Assembly: GCA_000934665.2 (NCBI GenBank)
Contig: JYFJ02001992.1
Location: 45,330-65,329 of the forward strand
From: Catajapyx aquilonaris
Taxonomy: Eukaryota
DNA length: 20,000 bases
Direction: 5' to 3'
The position numbers and the translations under genes are program-made. Within the stretch, counting starts at the first letter, position 1. Each line of letters starts with the position of its first letter. Positions 1 through 11,343 of the stretch are shown piece by piece. Below the pieces are notes generated by a model that was not told where the DNA came from, made no database searches, and saw only the letters and a list, made by a program, of their open reading frames with translations.

Positions 1-790
1 CCTCCCTATAAGAAGCGAACTGCCTAACCAATTAAGAATCTCGTTATGAAGTTATGGTTCTGAAGAAGAAGAATAAAAAAAAAAGTTTGAAAGAATTTCG
101 AGCTGAAGGTCGTTTAAGGATAGGATTTCTTATTCTTTAAAATAAAAAATGTAGGGTAAGAAAATAGATTTTAAAGAAGTGGTTGAGAACACCTCTTGCG
201 AATGTGGTGAAATCAACAGCTAACCTCGGGTGTCTTTCAGGGGTGTTTAATTGCCTCCAAAGTAAATAGGCAATAAAATTTGCATTCACCAGACTCTGGG
301 CCATCAACTCAACAACCCGTGTCCTTCTAATCGGCTTTCTCGCATTAGCAAATCCTCCCCCGCCACCAGCCATTTGAATATTGGCACTAACTCCCCAGCC
401 ATGGACACCAGCCTCTACACGTTTTTGAAACCTCCCAGGAGGAATTTTAGTCTCGATGGAAATGTACCTAGGTATATGATAAATAAAATATGAGGCAAAA
501 ACATGCATGGGTTTTTTTTTTCTGGCGGATCACTCAGGGTATGTGACAGTTGAATGACGTGAATGGGTTATGAGCGTAACTTTAGGGAGATGAAAGACTT
601 GGCTAAACAACTGTTATGTACTCGTACTTGATCAAAACAGTGACCTTGATTGGAGGGGACAAAAACAGGTCATATCCGTTTGTATCGGATGTAATCATCT
701 TCGATGCCTTTTGCTATGTGAATAGAGTATATGGGAATACAAGAAGGGCTGTGACATCATGTGGTTTAGCTTGCACCAATACGTCATTAC

Positions 791-844
791 TTGGCCTCGT
801 CGATGTTGACACAAATAAATTTGTAACTGAAAACATCTGTTCCT
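791..844 (-). CDS. Candidate 54-nt symmetric (phase 2-2) cassette exon xGTDVFSYKFICVNIDEA(K)
   Basis: Acceptor cctttctttttaaatag| (AG at 846-845), a stop-free reading frame when entered in phase 2, and donor AA|GTAATG (790-785). Length is a multiple of 3. Confidence 0.25.
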
Positions 845-1459
845 CTATTTAAAAAGAAAGGATTTGATTCCTTATCATTTTAGTACATAGCGTACGTTCA
901 CTGGTCTTTCTACAACGTTATTTGTAGATAAATTAACTGCTCTTTTAACTGTGATCCATGCTATACATTGATGTGATATCAAGCAGCACATTTTAGGGAC
1001 AGAAAAGAAACATTTCTGGAGCGATATCTATTGCAAGAGTTTGTCAACTACGCAATACTGCGTTACTGTATATGTATCATTTCAAGCATGGTGTTGCCTA
1101 CTTTATATTCATGAAAATTACAGAATAATATTAATTAAGCACGTTCAGACGAGTTTGAATGGGATGACAGATGGTATGCAACAGTAAGTACGTTATTTAC
1201 AAAAGCAAGGCCATTCTGATTGCGGCATACTAAATTAGCAAATGTCAGCCCGAAATACCATAGGCCCGATAATATTAGCTTTCTGCATCTCCCACACAGA
1301 CAACTCCTGTCCAAGTACCATGGAATATATTCTACTTAATCAGTATGCCATTATAGTAGCGCCTCTCTGCTGCAGCCTTATATCAAAATCAGCACGTGCT
1401 ACATCACTATTACTATTCCAGGCATAACTTTGCCCTATCGGTACACCCTGTACCTGTAA

Positions 1460-1556
1460 TGTCTGGACCAAAGTGTCCTAGGTCCCAGACAGCCTCGGTT
1501 ACTAACCCTGAGCATTTTCGGAACAAGACCAAAAAAAAAATCCGGAGGTCCAGACA
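1460..1556. mobile_element. Small HINE-like relic
   Basis: 10-bp IR tgtctggacc (1460-1469) / ggtccagaca (1547-1556), an internal near-IR ggtcccagaca (1481-1491) and a ctaaccct unit. Confidence 0.4.
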
Positions 1557-2173
1557 CCGCAGACCACCTAGTGTCACGACAACAATTCGCCTCGTGGCCT
1601 CATAGCCAAAAAGTCTACTATAATCACATAATCCGTGCCGTCACATTTTTTTTTGTACCGGAACAGTCCGGTTATTGTGCAGTATCATTTGTCACACCTC
1701 AGCGCGATTTTCGGCCCCATTTTTCACTCCAGAATGTGACAAGGAAAAGCTCCGCACAATCGCTTGTCAAAAACGTCGCCCAAAAAAATATAAAAATGTT
1801 CTTAAAAAAAAAAAGAAGTCAGGAACCAGAACTCATCTGGTCTATTTCGGTGTCCTTCCTACTCGCGGTGATCCAAAAATAAAACTTTTTTCGCGCCTTC
1901 TAATCGCGTCCCGGTTTCTACTCCTGGCGAAGACTAAGCCACCGAGAAAAAAAATACAAGACTTCTATACAAAGGTCAATATGTGGATAAAAACATTTAT
2001 GATATTAATACATATATTTTGACCCCAAAAATGGTGCGAGATATCGATCCTAAATTATAGATTTCCAATTATTGAAAATTCTAGGCGCATAGAACCACAT
2101 TTTGAGGATTGGCCTTCTGTCGGATGCAGAAAATAGATTCCTTAGAGCCCCAGAATATCCGTTTTGAGACTAA

Positions 2174-2298
2174 GGGCCGGTTTCACCGAGCTTGGTATAT
2201 GATAAAACCAGGTTTCTTTAGGAAAGTCCATACAAATAGATAGGGATTTTGAGAAATACCCTGGTTTTATCATATACTGAGCTCGGTGAAACCGGCTC
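2174..2298. mobile_element. Tourist-like MITE (PIF/Harbinger superfamily), 125 bp
   Basis: 39-bp TIRs matching 36/39 (gggccggtttcaccgagc...aaaaccagg / cctggtttt...gctcggtgaaaccggctc), flanked by TAA at 2171-2173 and 2299-2301. GGGCC termini with a TAA TSD are typical of PIF/Harbinger. Confidence 0.88.
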
Positions 2299-2793
2299 TA
2301 ATTGACGCTATGGGAAATGCGCGTCAAACGTTATGCTTATAAGGTACCATCCCCTAGAGTATTGACTTCTGGGAGTCAAGTGGCAGCGACAAATCTTCCT
2401 TCCCCCATTTATCCCTCCAAAACTAATCTTAATCACGATCATCCGGAACACAGGAGATAAGTGGAGAATTTCTCCTAACTCCATTTTTATAGATTAAGAT
2501 CCAGCCGCCTGCTCCTCTGAAAATTTTCTGAAAAGGCATCAAAAGCCAAGTTCGTTCTAGAGATTCAAAAGCTGCTAAATGGAACAGGATATATGCCTCA
2601 ACGAATCGAAAAGTTGGGGGGGGGGGGGGGNGCTCAAAGGATCATTATGACCTATTCTTTAGGGGTTCTGAGATCGTTACCGGTACACAATTAATCTTAG
2701 CACCAACGTTAGATCATTTGACCTCTAAGGAACCACACTTATGGACCAGGTGTACGGTGTATATGGATAGAGTCAGATGACCTCCAGCTTTAC

Positions 2794-2879
2794 TTTTCGA
2801 TCATGTCACTTCTCTTCCGTGTCAGGTAGAAAGCACGCGACGGAAGCAATTTCCCGCCCAGCTTTTCAGCGTCAGCCAT
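2794..2879 (-). CDS. Weak candidate alternative first exon MADAEKLGGKLLPSRAFYLTRKRSDMIE(K); the frame is open back to an ATG at 2963
   Basis: aaaATGG context; 28 codons + AA|GTAAAG (weak donor), phase 2. CCAAT and GC-box-like motifs lie immediately upstream (~2975-3030). Confidence 0.2.
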
Positions 2880-3946
2880 TTTGGACAGCAGGCTTGGGGA
2901 TGACCACTCGCACATGACGCCCCGTAGTGGAAACTTCTTGCAATTAGTGAGATCGCCGTTCATTTCGACCCCCTAGACCAATCCTCCGCCCCAACCATCC
3001 TTTCTCGCCCGTCGCGTGAGCACCAATCATCACTTTGGGTCATTTCCTACGGGGATACTTGTCAGCTGAGAAGATTTAGCAGTATCGCTATAGGAATGAA
3101 TTGTGCCAGAGGGGGAAAAAAACCTTATAGTATTGTGTTTATAGCCATTTAGTATGACCAGGCTGTAATATACTGTGTGAATGAGGAAGCTGCACGTTAA
3201 GTGCAAATTGAATGCTCAATTGGGGCTCAATTTTGGATCAGTTGGTTAATGCATGTGCATAAACGTTATTACTTCCAAGATATTCGCAAAAAGTACTGGT
3301 ATTGAAATTGCTAACGTCATAATAACGCAACCAAACCATTGTAATTTACGGTGGCGACTTGGTACCGTATCATCGCGTAATCCATATTTATTTACTGCCA
3401 GAGAGGAAGTCGGTAATACATATGGGGTAGGCTATTCTTAAAAGTTGTCACCTTGTCGTTATTAACAGTTTTAACGTGAACCGTAACAAAAATCAGAAAG
3501 TATTACGGAGCACGACTGATTTTTTGATTCTCAATTAATATTCATCACTTCAATGCTTTGGACCCAAGAGGTTGATAATTGACATTGGTGTAATAGCGTA
3601 TATTACAAGGCGTGTGCATTGTAAACATTAGCCGAGCCTTAGTGCTCTTTCAGGCCCTCATTCCACATTTTATCAGCACATCTTTATTTCTCCGGCCGTA
3701 AACAAACTGGAGGAGAAACAAATATGACAGCACTTAATAATGACAACGCGTTGTTACTGTTGTAAAAGAACTTGCACAGCTATTTCCTTCCCGATCTATT
3801 AAATTTATCTCACCTATCCGCTGTCGCTAGGCCACACAATAAAATTGAAGAAAAAAAAGACAAAAATTCCAGAGATATGTAACCAACATGTTTCACATTC
3901 CACATTGCATCGCACGCAATGACATTCCCGGTCACTATGCGCTTAC

Positions 3947-4038
3947 ATATTATCATATCCTCCGATCTGCCTGGAGACGGACTTGAACGACCGCATCCCA
4001 TCGTCTCCCATGCCGTATATACTGGCCACAGCCGCCAT
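3947..4038 (-). CDS. Sh: Shaker (Kv1) alternative first coding exon, ShB-like inactivation ball MAAVASIYGMGDDGMRSFKSVSRQIGGYDN(M)
   Basis: Strong start context caagATGG, with an in-frame TGA upstream at 4140-4138 and no intervening ATG. 30 codons + AT, then donor GTAAGC (3946-3941), phase 2. The first 13 aa are 9/13 identical to the ShB ball MAAVAGLYGLGED; the differences are G/S, L/I, L/M, E/D. The exon ends GGYDN versus ShB DGYG. Same strand and phase as the ShC-type exon. Confidence 0.88.
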
Positions 4039-4272
4039 CTTGACACCGTCTTGACTTGTATCCTCAAGTTCCAAGGTCACGTCATCCTCCTTGTGTCCAC
4101 TCCGAACCGGACCTTCCGCATTGGGGGGGACCCCATTTCACGGAGCGTCCATCCCCACCATAACCACAACACAACTGTTTCGTGTGGGGCGCATGCACTG
4201 CCCTGCCTACATGTCAGCCATGCCACGTCGCTTCTGGGAAAAATTAACGGGGGAGTAGGGGGCTGTGGGTCA

Positions 4273-4320
4273 CTAGGGGTCACAAGCAACCTGGACACTA
4301 CCCTGGAGGCAATCCTCCAT
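4273..4320 (-). promoter_or_regulatory. Candidate uORF (MEDCLQGSVQVACDP*) upstream of the ShB-like start
   Basis: Perfect Kozak gccgccATGG at 4326-4317 and stop TAG at 4275-4273, ~280 nt upstream of the ShB-like ATG. Confidence 0.35.
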
Positions 4321-4349
4321 GGCGGCCCGACACATGACCAGAGTAGGCC

Positions 4350-4430
4350 TAGCACGCGTCAAATGTGACGCCATGACACCTCTCCCCGCCCCCTCCTCCC
4401 CACCCTTCCCTCTCTGACTGCTGGATCGCG
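4350..4430 (-). promoter_or_regulatory. GC-rich putative promoter/leader for the ShB-like exon
   Basis: GC box (ccccgcccc, ~4384-4392), a pyrimidine/purine tract and a TGACG half-site directly upstream of the exon. Confidence 0.3.
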
Positions 4431-5900
4431 GTGGTTTGAGACCGGAAGGCCAGGTAGTTCTGTGGGCCAGGTAGTCAGAGCGACAGTTCGCACGGGTATA
4501 GTCCCCTTCATTGATCCGGCGGGGAATAAATGTTTCATGCATGCCGCGGAAATAATTGATGAGGGGGGGCCTTATACAATCTTCTTTCCGTGGGCCCTCC
4601 GCATTTGGTAGGTTTACGAGCCTTCACTCCTCACTCTCCTACACACACTCAAATTGTTTTCTTTCTTATTTTTCACTCTGGTTCTACCGACCTATTCGTT
4701 AAGACCTTATACCGGATTGTTAGCGACAATTGGACTCAAATGGCGTGCTGGTGCAATATGCATAAGAACCTGTCCAAAGCAAGTGTAACTCAATAGCAGC
4801 TGGTCCGTCCCATGAGGCGGGTACTACAGAATTGATTTCAGGACATAAAGGAGTAGGACCAATAAACATAGCTAATGGGGAGTTCCGTCCCCCCTTTGTC
4901 CGATAGATACCCGATGTGATTTTGTAGCGAACCGGAACATATACATAGGCCACAAAAACCTGGTTTGATAATCACTTCACCGGTCTCTGTGATTGGATAA
5001 GGCGTAGTTAATAATGAAGACAAAACGAGTCCTTTTTTCCTTCCTGTAGTTTCCTACCACTGCTGAATATTTGACCGCCGTACCGCTGTCCGTAAATATT
5101 CTTCCGGCATTGAGCTCCACCGCTTCTTCGTGAGTAATTCATTGACCTCACTTCATCCGCACAAAAGTCCATCCCGGTTCCAAACTTGGGGCGGTCCATT
5201 CAAAATTTAATCCGGTTTTCACAAAACAACCCCGGAGCAGTCAAGTCCCGCCCAAAATATGCCCATGTTTCTGGTAGAACTTGGCCTGAAGGGGTCACTG
5301 CAAATTGTGTTTTCCATCTCAGGGCTTGGATTTCTCTGAAAGTGCTGCCACTGGTGGTAGACTTCCCAACCCAGAATTTGCTAACTATTTTTAAATTACA
5401 TCTAAAAATCTAACTGTAGAAGTGTCTTATTATATAGGGTGAAGGAAAACTCGCAGACAATCGCCAGGTAGACTGATACTACTCGTAAAACTAATATATA
5501 GGTATGTACAATTAGTTTTGGGCTACTCCGTTGAATAGTTAATGCGTACGGCGCCGTCAAAGTTTCGTGACGTCACGTCCGTTCCGCCAGCTTCAAAGAA
5601 GCAAAAGTCAGTTCGAGTGCCTCCGGTCCTTTGCCTTGGTCCCCTAACACATCGTTCATGTGCAATAGGTGATCAAATCCCGTCAGAGTCAGAATCCGGG
5701 TACGACACCCGTGCACTTTTGTCGTTTTTGCCTCATATTTTATCAACCGGGCCACTACACTTTAAAGGTGCCGTACGCATTAACTACGCAACAGAGCCAA
5801 AAACGAATTGCACATCTCTATATTAGTTTTGCGAGTTTACCTGCCGATTGTACGCGAGTTTCCCTTCACCCTGTATACAGGACATCAGGCATCTCTGAGC

Positions 5901-6172
5901 GGCTAAGCTTTCGTATCGGGGGACCATGCACTTTTACCTATTCTCCTATAGGCGTGTACCTGCTGAAGGATACTGTGTACCTGCTGAACGATACTGTGAA
6001 CCAGCTGAAGGATACTGTGAACCTACTGAAGGATACTGTGAACCTGCTGAAGGATACTGTGAACCTGCTGATGAAGGATAAGCGTGTATCCGCCCGGAAG
6101 GAAGGTTAGGTCATGGGGTAGGTTGGTGCAACGTGCCCCTACTGCCACATTCGGTCTCCCATTACGAAAGTC
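5901..6172. mobile_element. Non-autonomous element with subterminal IRs and an internal minisatellite (HINE/Helentron-like), copy A
   Basis: Homologous at both ends to 12019-12528. SubTIRs ctttcgtatcgggggacc (5908-5925) and ggtctcccattacgaaag (6153-6170); internal 21-bp tandem array. Family assignment is by architecture only. Confidence 0.75.
5954..6079 (+). repeat. 21-bp minisatellite, ~6 copies of gtgWacctgctgaaggatact
   Basis: Units start at 5954, 5975, 5996, 6017, 6038 and 6059. Explains the LKDTVNL repeats in ORF 5669-6109. Confidence 0.95.
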
Positions 6173-7429
6173 CTTCCTCTCAGGGTTAATTCTGACTGTC
6201 AACCTGCAGATTAGAAAGCAGGCATGAAAGGAATCAATGGCAGTCATTCCTTCCAATCTGATAAGGCTGTCACCTCCCGAATGACTGATGTGACCCGGCA
6301 TGAAAAGAAGGCCGAAACTTCCTCCCTAATGAGTCGATGATTGAGACAGTCTCCGAATAGCTCCTCCCCCCAAAAACACTAGCAATTGACGTCATAAAAT
6401 CCTAGAAAATGTCGCATTGTCTGTCCATTATTTTTGTTGACCGAGTGCCCACATTCCTCTTCAGATAGAATATGCGTGTGTACACTGCAGAGTATGATGC
6501 GCCCCAGAGCCTTTGCGTGTGGCCTGAGACTCAGGGTCAAGCTTCCATTGAGTGTCCGAAGTGGGCGTTCGGGTGGGGGCCATTTTGGAAAGGGGGGGAA
6601 AGGGGGTTTCGGTTAGAGGGGAGTATGGATGAGCGAAACTGACCGCACTCTCCCATTTCGCTCTATTTCATAATCGATTCCGCAGGAAAGGCCTGATCTA
6701 GTTTTGCTACTCGCTCGATACGTAAGCGTGTGTGACACCTGAGCGATATGGTTTCGAGAAAAATGTATAGATCCCCCCCAAAAAAATTGGGGGAAAAAAT
6801 AGAAATTGTGGACATGCCATAGTCAAACAATAAGGTATTGAGGGACACATTTTTGTCATGCATGGTTGTGTAATATGTAGTTGAAAAGATGTAATAATGC
6901 GTGTCATGAGTGGGCTTTAAAATCGTATCTTTTATCAAATTTTTAGGGGGCGTGATGGTGTGCAGTCTGATTACTTTGTGTGCGATTACGCAAGTGCACG
7001 GAATGTTGCATCGTAACAGTGTAAGGGGGGGTTATTTATAATATATCTCTAATTGCCACCACTGGTTGAAGTGAGACACACAAATGTTATGCACCCGGAG
7101 TTTATGTGACATGTCATGCCACAATGCACACTCACACTATGTCGTGGGTATACTAAGTCCAATTTTGGCGGTTGAGTTATTTACACCACTTAGTAATTTT
7201 CTGCAATGTCGCCTGGTGATATCCATTTTGTTATGAAGATAATGAGCCAGAAATTCAGGATTTTATGTCCTCACTAGCAAACAAGTCTTTGCTGTGAATT
7301 AACTCGAAACTGGGTTTTGTGTACTTGGTGGATTTCTTCTATTATGCGCATTTTTAAAGCTGATATTCTGAAACTGGGTAGCATCTGAGCCAATCAGCAT
7401 GCATAAATTCCCTAAATCCCGTGGCTCAC

Positions 7430-7500
7430 CGGATATTTGCCAAAATGCAGCTAACACTACTTTGTTTATTAAAAGCTGCAGTTCCCCAGGGTGTTAACAT
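7430..7500 (-). CDS. Candidate additional alternative first exon MLTPWGTAAFNKQSSVSCILANI(R)
   Basis: First ATG after an in-frame TGA; 23 codons + CG|GTGAGC (7429-7424), phase 2. Start context moderate (gctATGT). No homolog recognised. Confidence 0.33.
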
Positions 7501-10500
7501 AGCAGCTTCCCATCAAGTGCCATAAAAATAGCAATGATTACGGACAAGTGTCTGCTCCCCACTTCAATTTGCAGGCAAGCAAATTAAAAGCCGTTTTGAC
7601 GACCCCCCCCCCCCTTTCAATTCCGCCTCATAATTAAATGAACCCTACAATTATTTGCAATATCTGCATGCCTCCAAAAAATAAAAGGGCAACACTGCGC
7701 AATTTGCATGACAACACTAGCAGACTGAATGCAGTCGTGCGTAAAAAGGGGGGGGGGGGCAGCACTTGCAACAACAATACCCCCCCCCCCCCAACGGACG
7801 CTAATAAAAGCGATATTGCAAAATCCTTCAAATAGAAAGTGTTGGTACAGGCCTCCCAGGACGAACAAAACCGAAGGCTTTTACAAGTCCGGAAATGGCC
7901 TAGGAGACGTACCGATTTGGCAGCCGCAACCGGCGCCATCAGCAACACAAGGAACAAATGGATGGCCTCATTTTTTTTTTTTTTTTTTGAATTTTCTACC
8001 CGTTTATTCGTTTCCCCCTAAGCCATAGAACTTCTAGAATTTTATTTTTCTGTTTTACCCCCATCGAATTCGATTTCCGAGTTAGGAATTTTTCCCTTCA
8101 ACAATGCTGGGTGATTCTAAGATCACAAAAGGCTAACAACTCATTTCAAGCTGGAGTATAGAATCGGTTTTATTTGGCTCCTGAGGCCACTTTTGATACT
8201 TATATCCCGACACGAACAGAAGTTTGCAAAAAAAAAAATGATGATATTTACTGCTTCAAAGACGCTGCATAAACCTACGTGAGCTTCTAATAAACGGAGA
8301 AGGACATTAAAAGGATTGTTCTTAAACGACCTCGTTTAATCGACGCAATTTATTCCGACAAAAATTATAGCAGAGTGGTAAAACGAGTCGTTTACAAGTT
8401 CAGGCCTTTAGAAAATGAGGGTTTGGATCCAAATTGTTAGCATTAGAGGTAGGTATCTCTATCAGAAATTATTGGTTATCTCGTTCGTTTTCACGTTGAA
8501 TCAGATCGATTCGTTTGAACTGGGTATTTCAGTTTCAAATTCTGCTTTTCCACTCCTTTAGCCTTAGGGGGAAGTCTCTTGATGTTTTCATGTACGATGG
8601 ACTGGATTTATGAAAGTCTGGGGAAATTTTCATGTCGCCAGAGTACGGTTTTCTGAAACATTTTTTTTGACACATAGTGCACTTTAAAGTGAATAAATAT
8701 CAAAAATCCGGAGATGAACAATTTATCAGTTGGTATCAAGTTACACGACACTTACAAACTCACATAGGTTTTCGTTAAATAGTCCGAGATAGGTTTCTAT
8801 ATAGGATGTCCTATCTCTATGCACTTTTGAATGACGGCGACCAAAAGCAGAGGGCACTAAATACCAGTTCAAATAGAGGAAATACCGTATTTAAATTTCT
8901 AACGCCACGGAATTCGTAAACACTGACGCTACTATTTCATTCAGTCTGTTTGCTTCTGTTAATTAATTACAAGTACACAAGCATGTGTGTAATCCTACAC
9001 TGTGCAAATCCTTTGAACCTGCCCCTTCCAGCCAATGTTGACTGCACGACATAATCCTATATTCGGTTTGAAATTCGTGAGTCCGGTAGTAACAAGCGTA
9101 AATATACACTCTACAGAGGCCGATAATGGAAACTAGTTTTGCGACAAAAACCGCCCCATCAACTCTTCACATATCCTTTTTTTTTTTTTACAAAAAAAAA
9201 TCAAACATCATGCTGAACTCATGGAAGCTCAAATAATGCATCTGAAATACTGTACAAATTGATGTCGAAAATTCGAAGGGAAGTGCTTGTGCTTACATTT
9301 ACAACTGATTTGAGTGCATTTACTGTGCTTGAAAAGAGCGTTGGTGGAAGCAACAAAGGTAAATCAGGCCCTTTTCAAAAATAAAAAATGTGTTGGAATA
9401 TAGCGTGGTCTAGAGGGCACTCAAGGTCTCATACTTTTTGAGTACGTAGGTTCAAATCCCGATAGGTCATCCATATGGGACAGATTGGATTAAAAGCTCA
9501 TGTGAAAATGCACCTGCCAACAATCATCATTTTTTTTAAAACCACTCATCAACATTACGGAATGGCAGCAGCTTTAACTCATTGGCGACAGTTTGAGCTC
9601 CGATTTGGCCTCACCCTTTACATAATTTTTCATTAACCAAAGTTTAATTCACTCTCCCCCAGGTTAAAACATGCAGCGATATCTTAATGATCTCCATACA
9701 CCTGGCAACTCTGCTTGAAACACCGACCCTGTCAGCCACATTATGACATCACTTTGGGTGTGGTTAACTCTAAGAGGTTAGCCGATCTTCCACATATATG
9801 TCCCTCAAAACCTTTTTAAATTATTGAAACAATGAATGGGAAATCACTTTTTTTTGGAGGGGGGGGGGGGAATAAGAAATAACAAGACTGCATGTCAATT
9901 CACACGAGAGTGATTCGATAAGACTTTTTCTCATTAATAGCTACTGCGGGNGTCATTCCCAAAGCTCAGTGGGGGTTACAGATGTCAAATCCGCAAAACA
10001 CCCCCAACTTCTTTTGTTCTCCTGAAGCCTTTACTAGGGGGCAGGGTGGTCGAAGCGGCAAGATGGATTTCCCTGCTGGTTTCGAAGCGTCATTGACAAA
10101 TTCCTCTTGAATGCAAGCCCAATGTTCCGGAAGAGATTGAACTGACAATCTAAGACGGGGGAGGAGGGGGGGGAGTGGTTGGGAGGAGAAATAAAATGTA
10201 TTTTTGCTGGCCTCCTGAGCAAGGTCAACAGTGAAAGATCTGCGGAATTCGGGTCAAGATCGGAATACGATTCACCTTTTCTTTTCCCCCAAATGTTCAC
10301 TCGTGGGAAATGGAGCAGACCAGTATTTGGACCCTGTCGGGTATGCTCCTCGGCAAAACAAACGGGGCTTTTGCCAATACCATGGTTTTTCGCCTGCCAT
10401 ATATAGCAGATTCTGGTCCTATCAAATGCATTTTCTAGACACATGGATTCTAGGAATGAAGAACGTTTGAACGTGTTTTTTTTTGTTGAAAATAGGGTGA

Positions 10501-11343
10501 GGTCAATGCAGGTACAGCAGATAGAATAACATTTGGAAGTGTCTTTTGCTTGCCACACAATGTAAATCTCTTGTCAACTTGTTACAGATTTCTCATGAAA
10601 TATATAATAATTGTACCAATTTGAAACAATTTGCTTAAGTTACGTAATTACTTCAGTTAATTTATGTGACAAAAACAAAGACGTATTCTGAAAATTCTGC
10701 ATGCCATGAATATGCAGAACCACTTTAAAGGTACGGTCCTGCCATAAAAATGTATTACACCAATATCGTTCCGAGATGAGTCATTAACGCATTTTATCTC
10801 AAAATATTTACGGCCCTGTAAATATATCGTAATAACGATTTCATGTCATTAGCTGCCATAGCGGCCAAACACAACATGATTATTACCTCACACAAACAAA
10901 GCAAAATTTACCCCTCCCCCCCTCTAAAAATTGCATGAATATAATATATTTGCCGGGTTATGCGCACTATTGCGTCTCCCTAACAACGCACCTCATTATT
11001 TTAACTGTCCACACGAGCCTTCAATTATTATTCCCAGCCACGTTAGCTCTAATTAAACTTTGTGAGCAATAACACGCAACTCCTGCGCAACCCACTAGGT
11101 CTAATCAATATGACGAATCCAATCGTTTTCCTGTAGTCATCAAACAAACATCAAACTCCAATCCGGAAGGTACCGGTACGGAAAAATATATTTAAAAAAA
11201 ATATACGTCGATCTAGAGCATACTAGTAGGAATAAACTAGTTTTTTTTCTCTCTCTCTCTCTTTTTTCCAGTACAGCTCCCCCATGCTGTGTATTTTTCA
11301 ACCGTCTGAATAATTCAATATGGCGTTCCCCGCATATGCTTAC

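Noticed and set aside
137..508. 123-aa minus-strand ORF with faint piggyBac C-terminal resemblance (RRTR...VNA...YLLWRQ)
   Set aside because: Lacks the GGVD..DQ and W motifs, the spacing is wrong, and there is no TTAA/TIR context. Not supportable without an HMM search.
2615..2632. Poly-G/poly-C tracts as G-quadruplex elements (also ~7604, ~7747, ~9859, ~14966, ~15229)
   Set aside because: Scattered homopolymers, some next to N bases, typical of genome background and assembly uncertainty.
3810..4368. Overlapping ORFs 3810-4067(-), 3919-4368(+) and 4077-4355(-)
   Set aside because: Shadow frames of the GC-rich leader and ShB-like exon; the real frame starts at 4038.
4720..5413. Chain of short ORFs suggesting a pseudogene
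   Set aside because: Manual translation of the minus-strand frames examined gave no recognisable motif.
5954..6079. CRISPR-like appearance of direct repeats (also 14311-14476)
   Set aside because: Head-to-tail repeats without unique spacers, no cas genes, eukaryotic context.
5669..6109. 146-aa ORF with LKDTVNL heptad (leucine-zipper-like) repeats
   Set aside because: A by-product of the 21-bp minisatellite inside a mobile element.
9660..9745. Search for a ShD-type (MTMWQ...) exon; closest hit MWLTGSVFQ...
   Set aside because: No real similarity and no phase-2 consensus donor. No ShD-type exon was found in the window.
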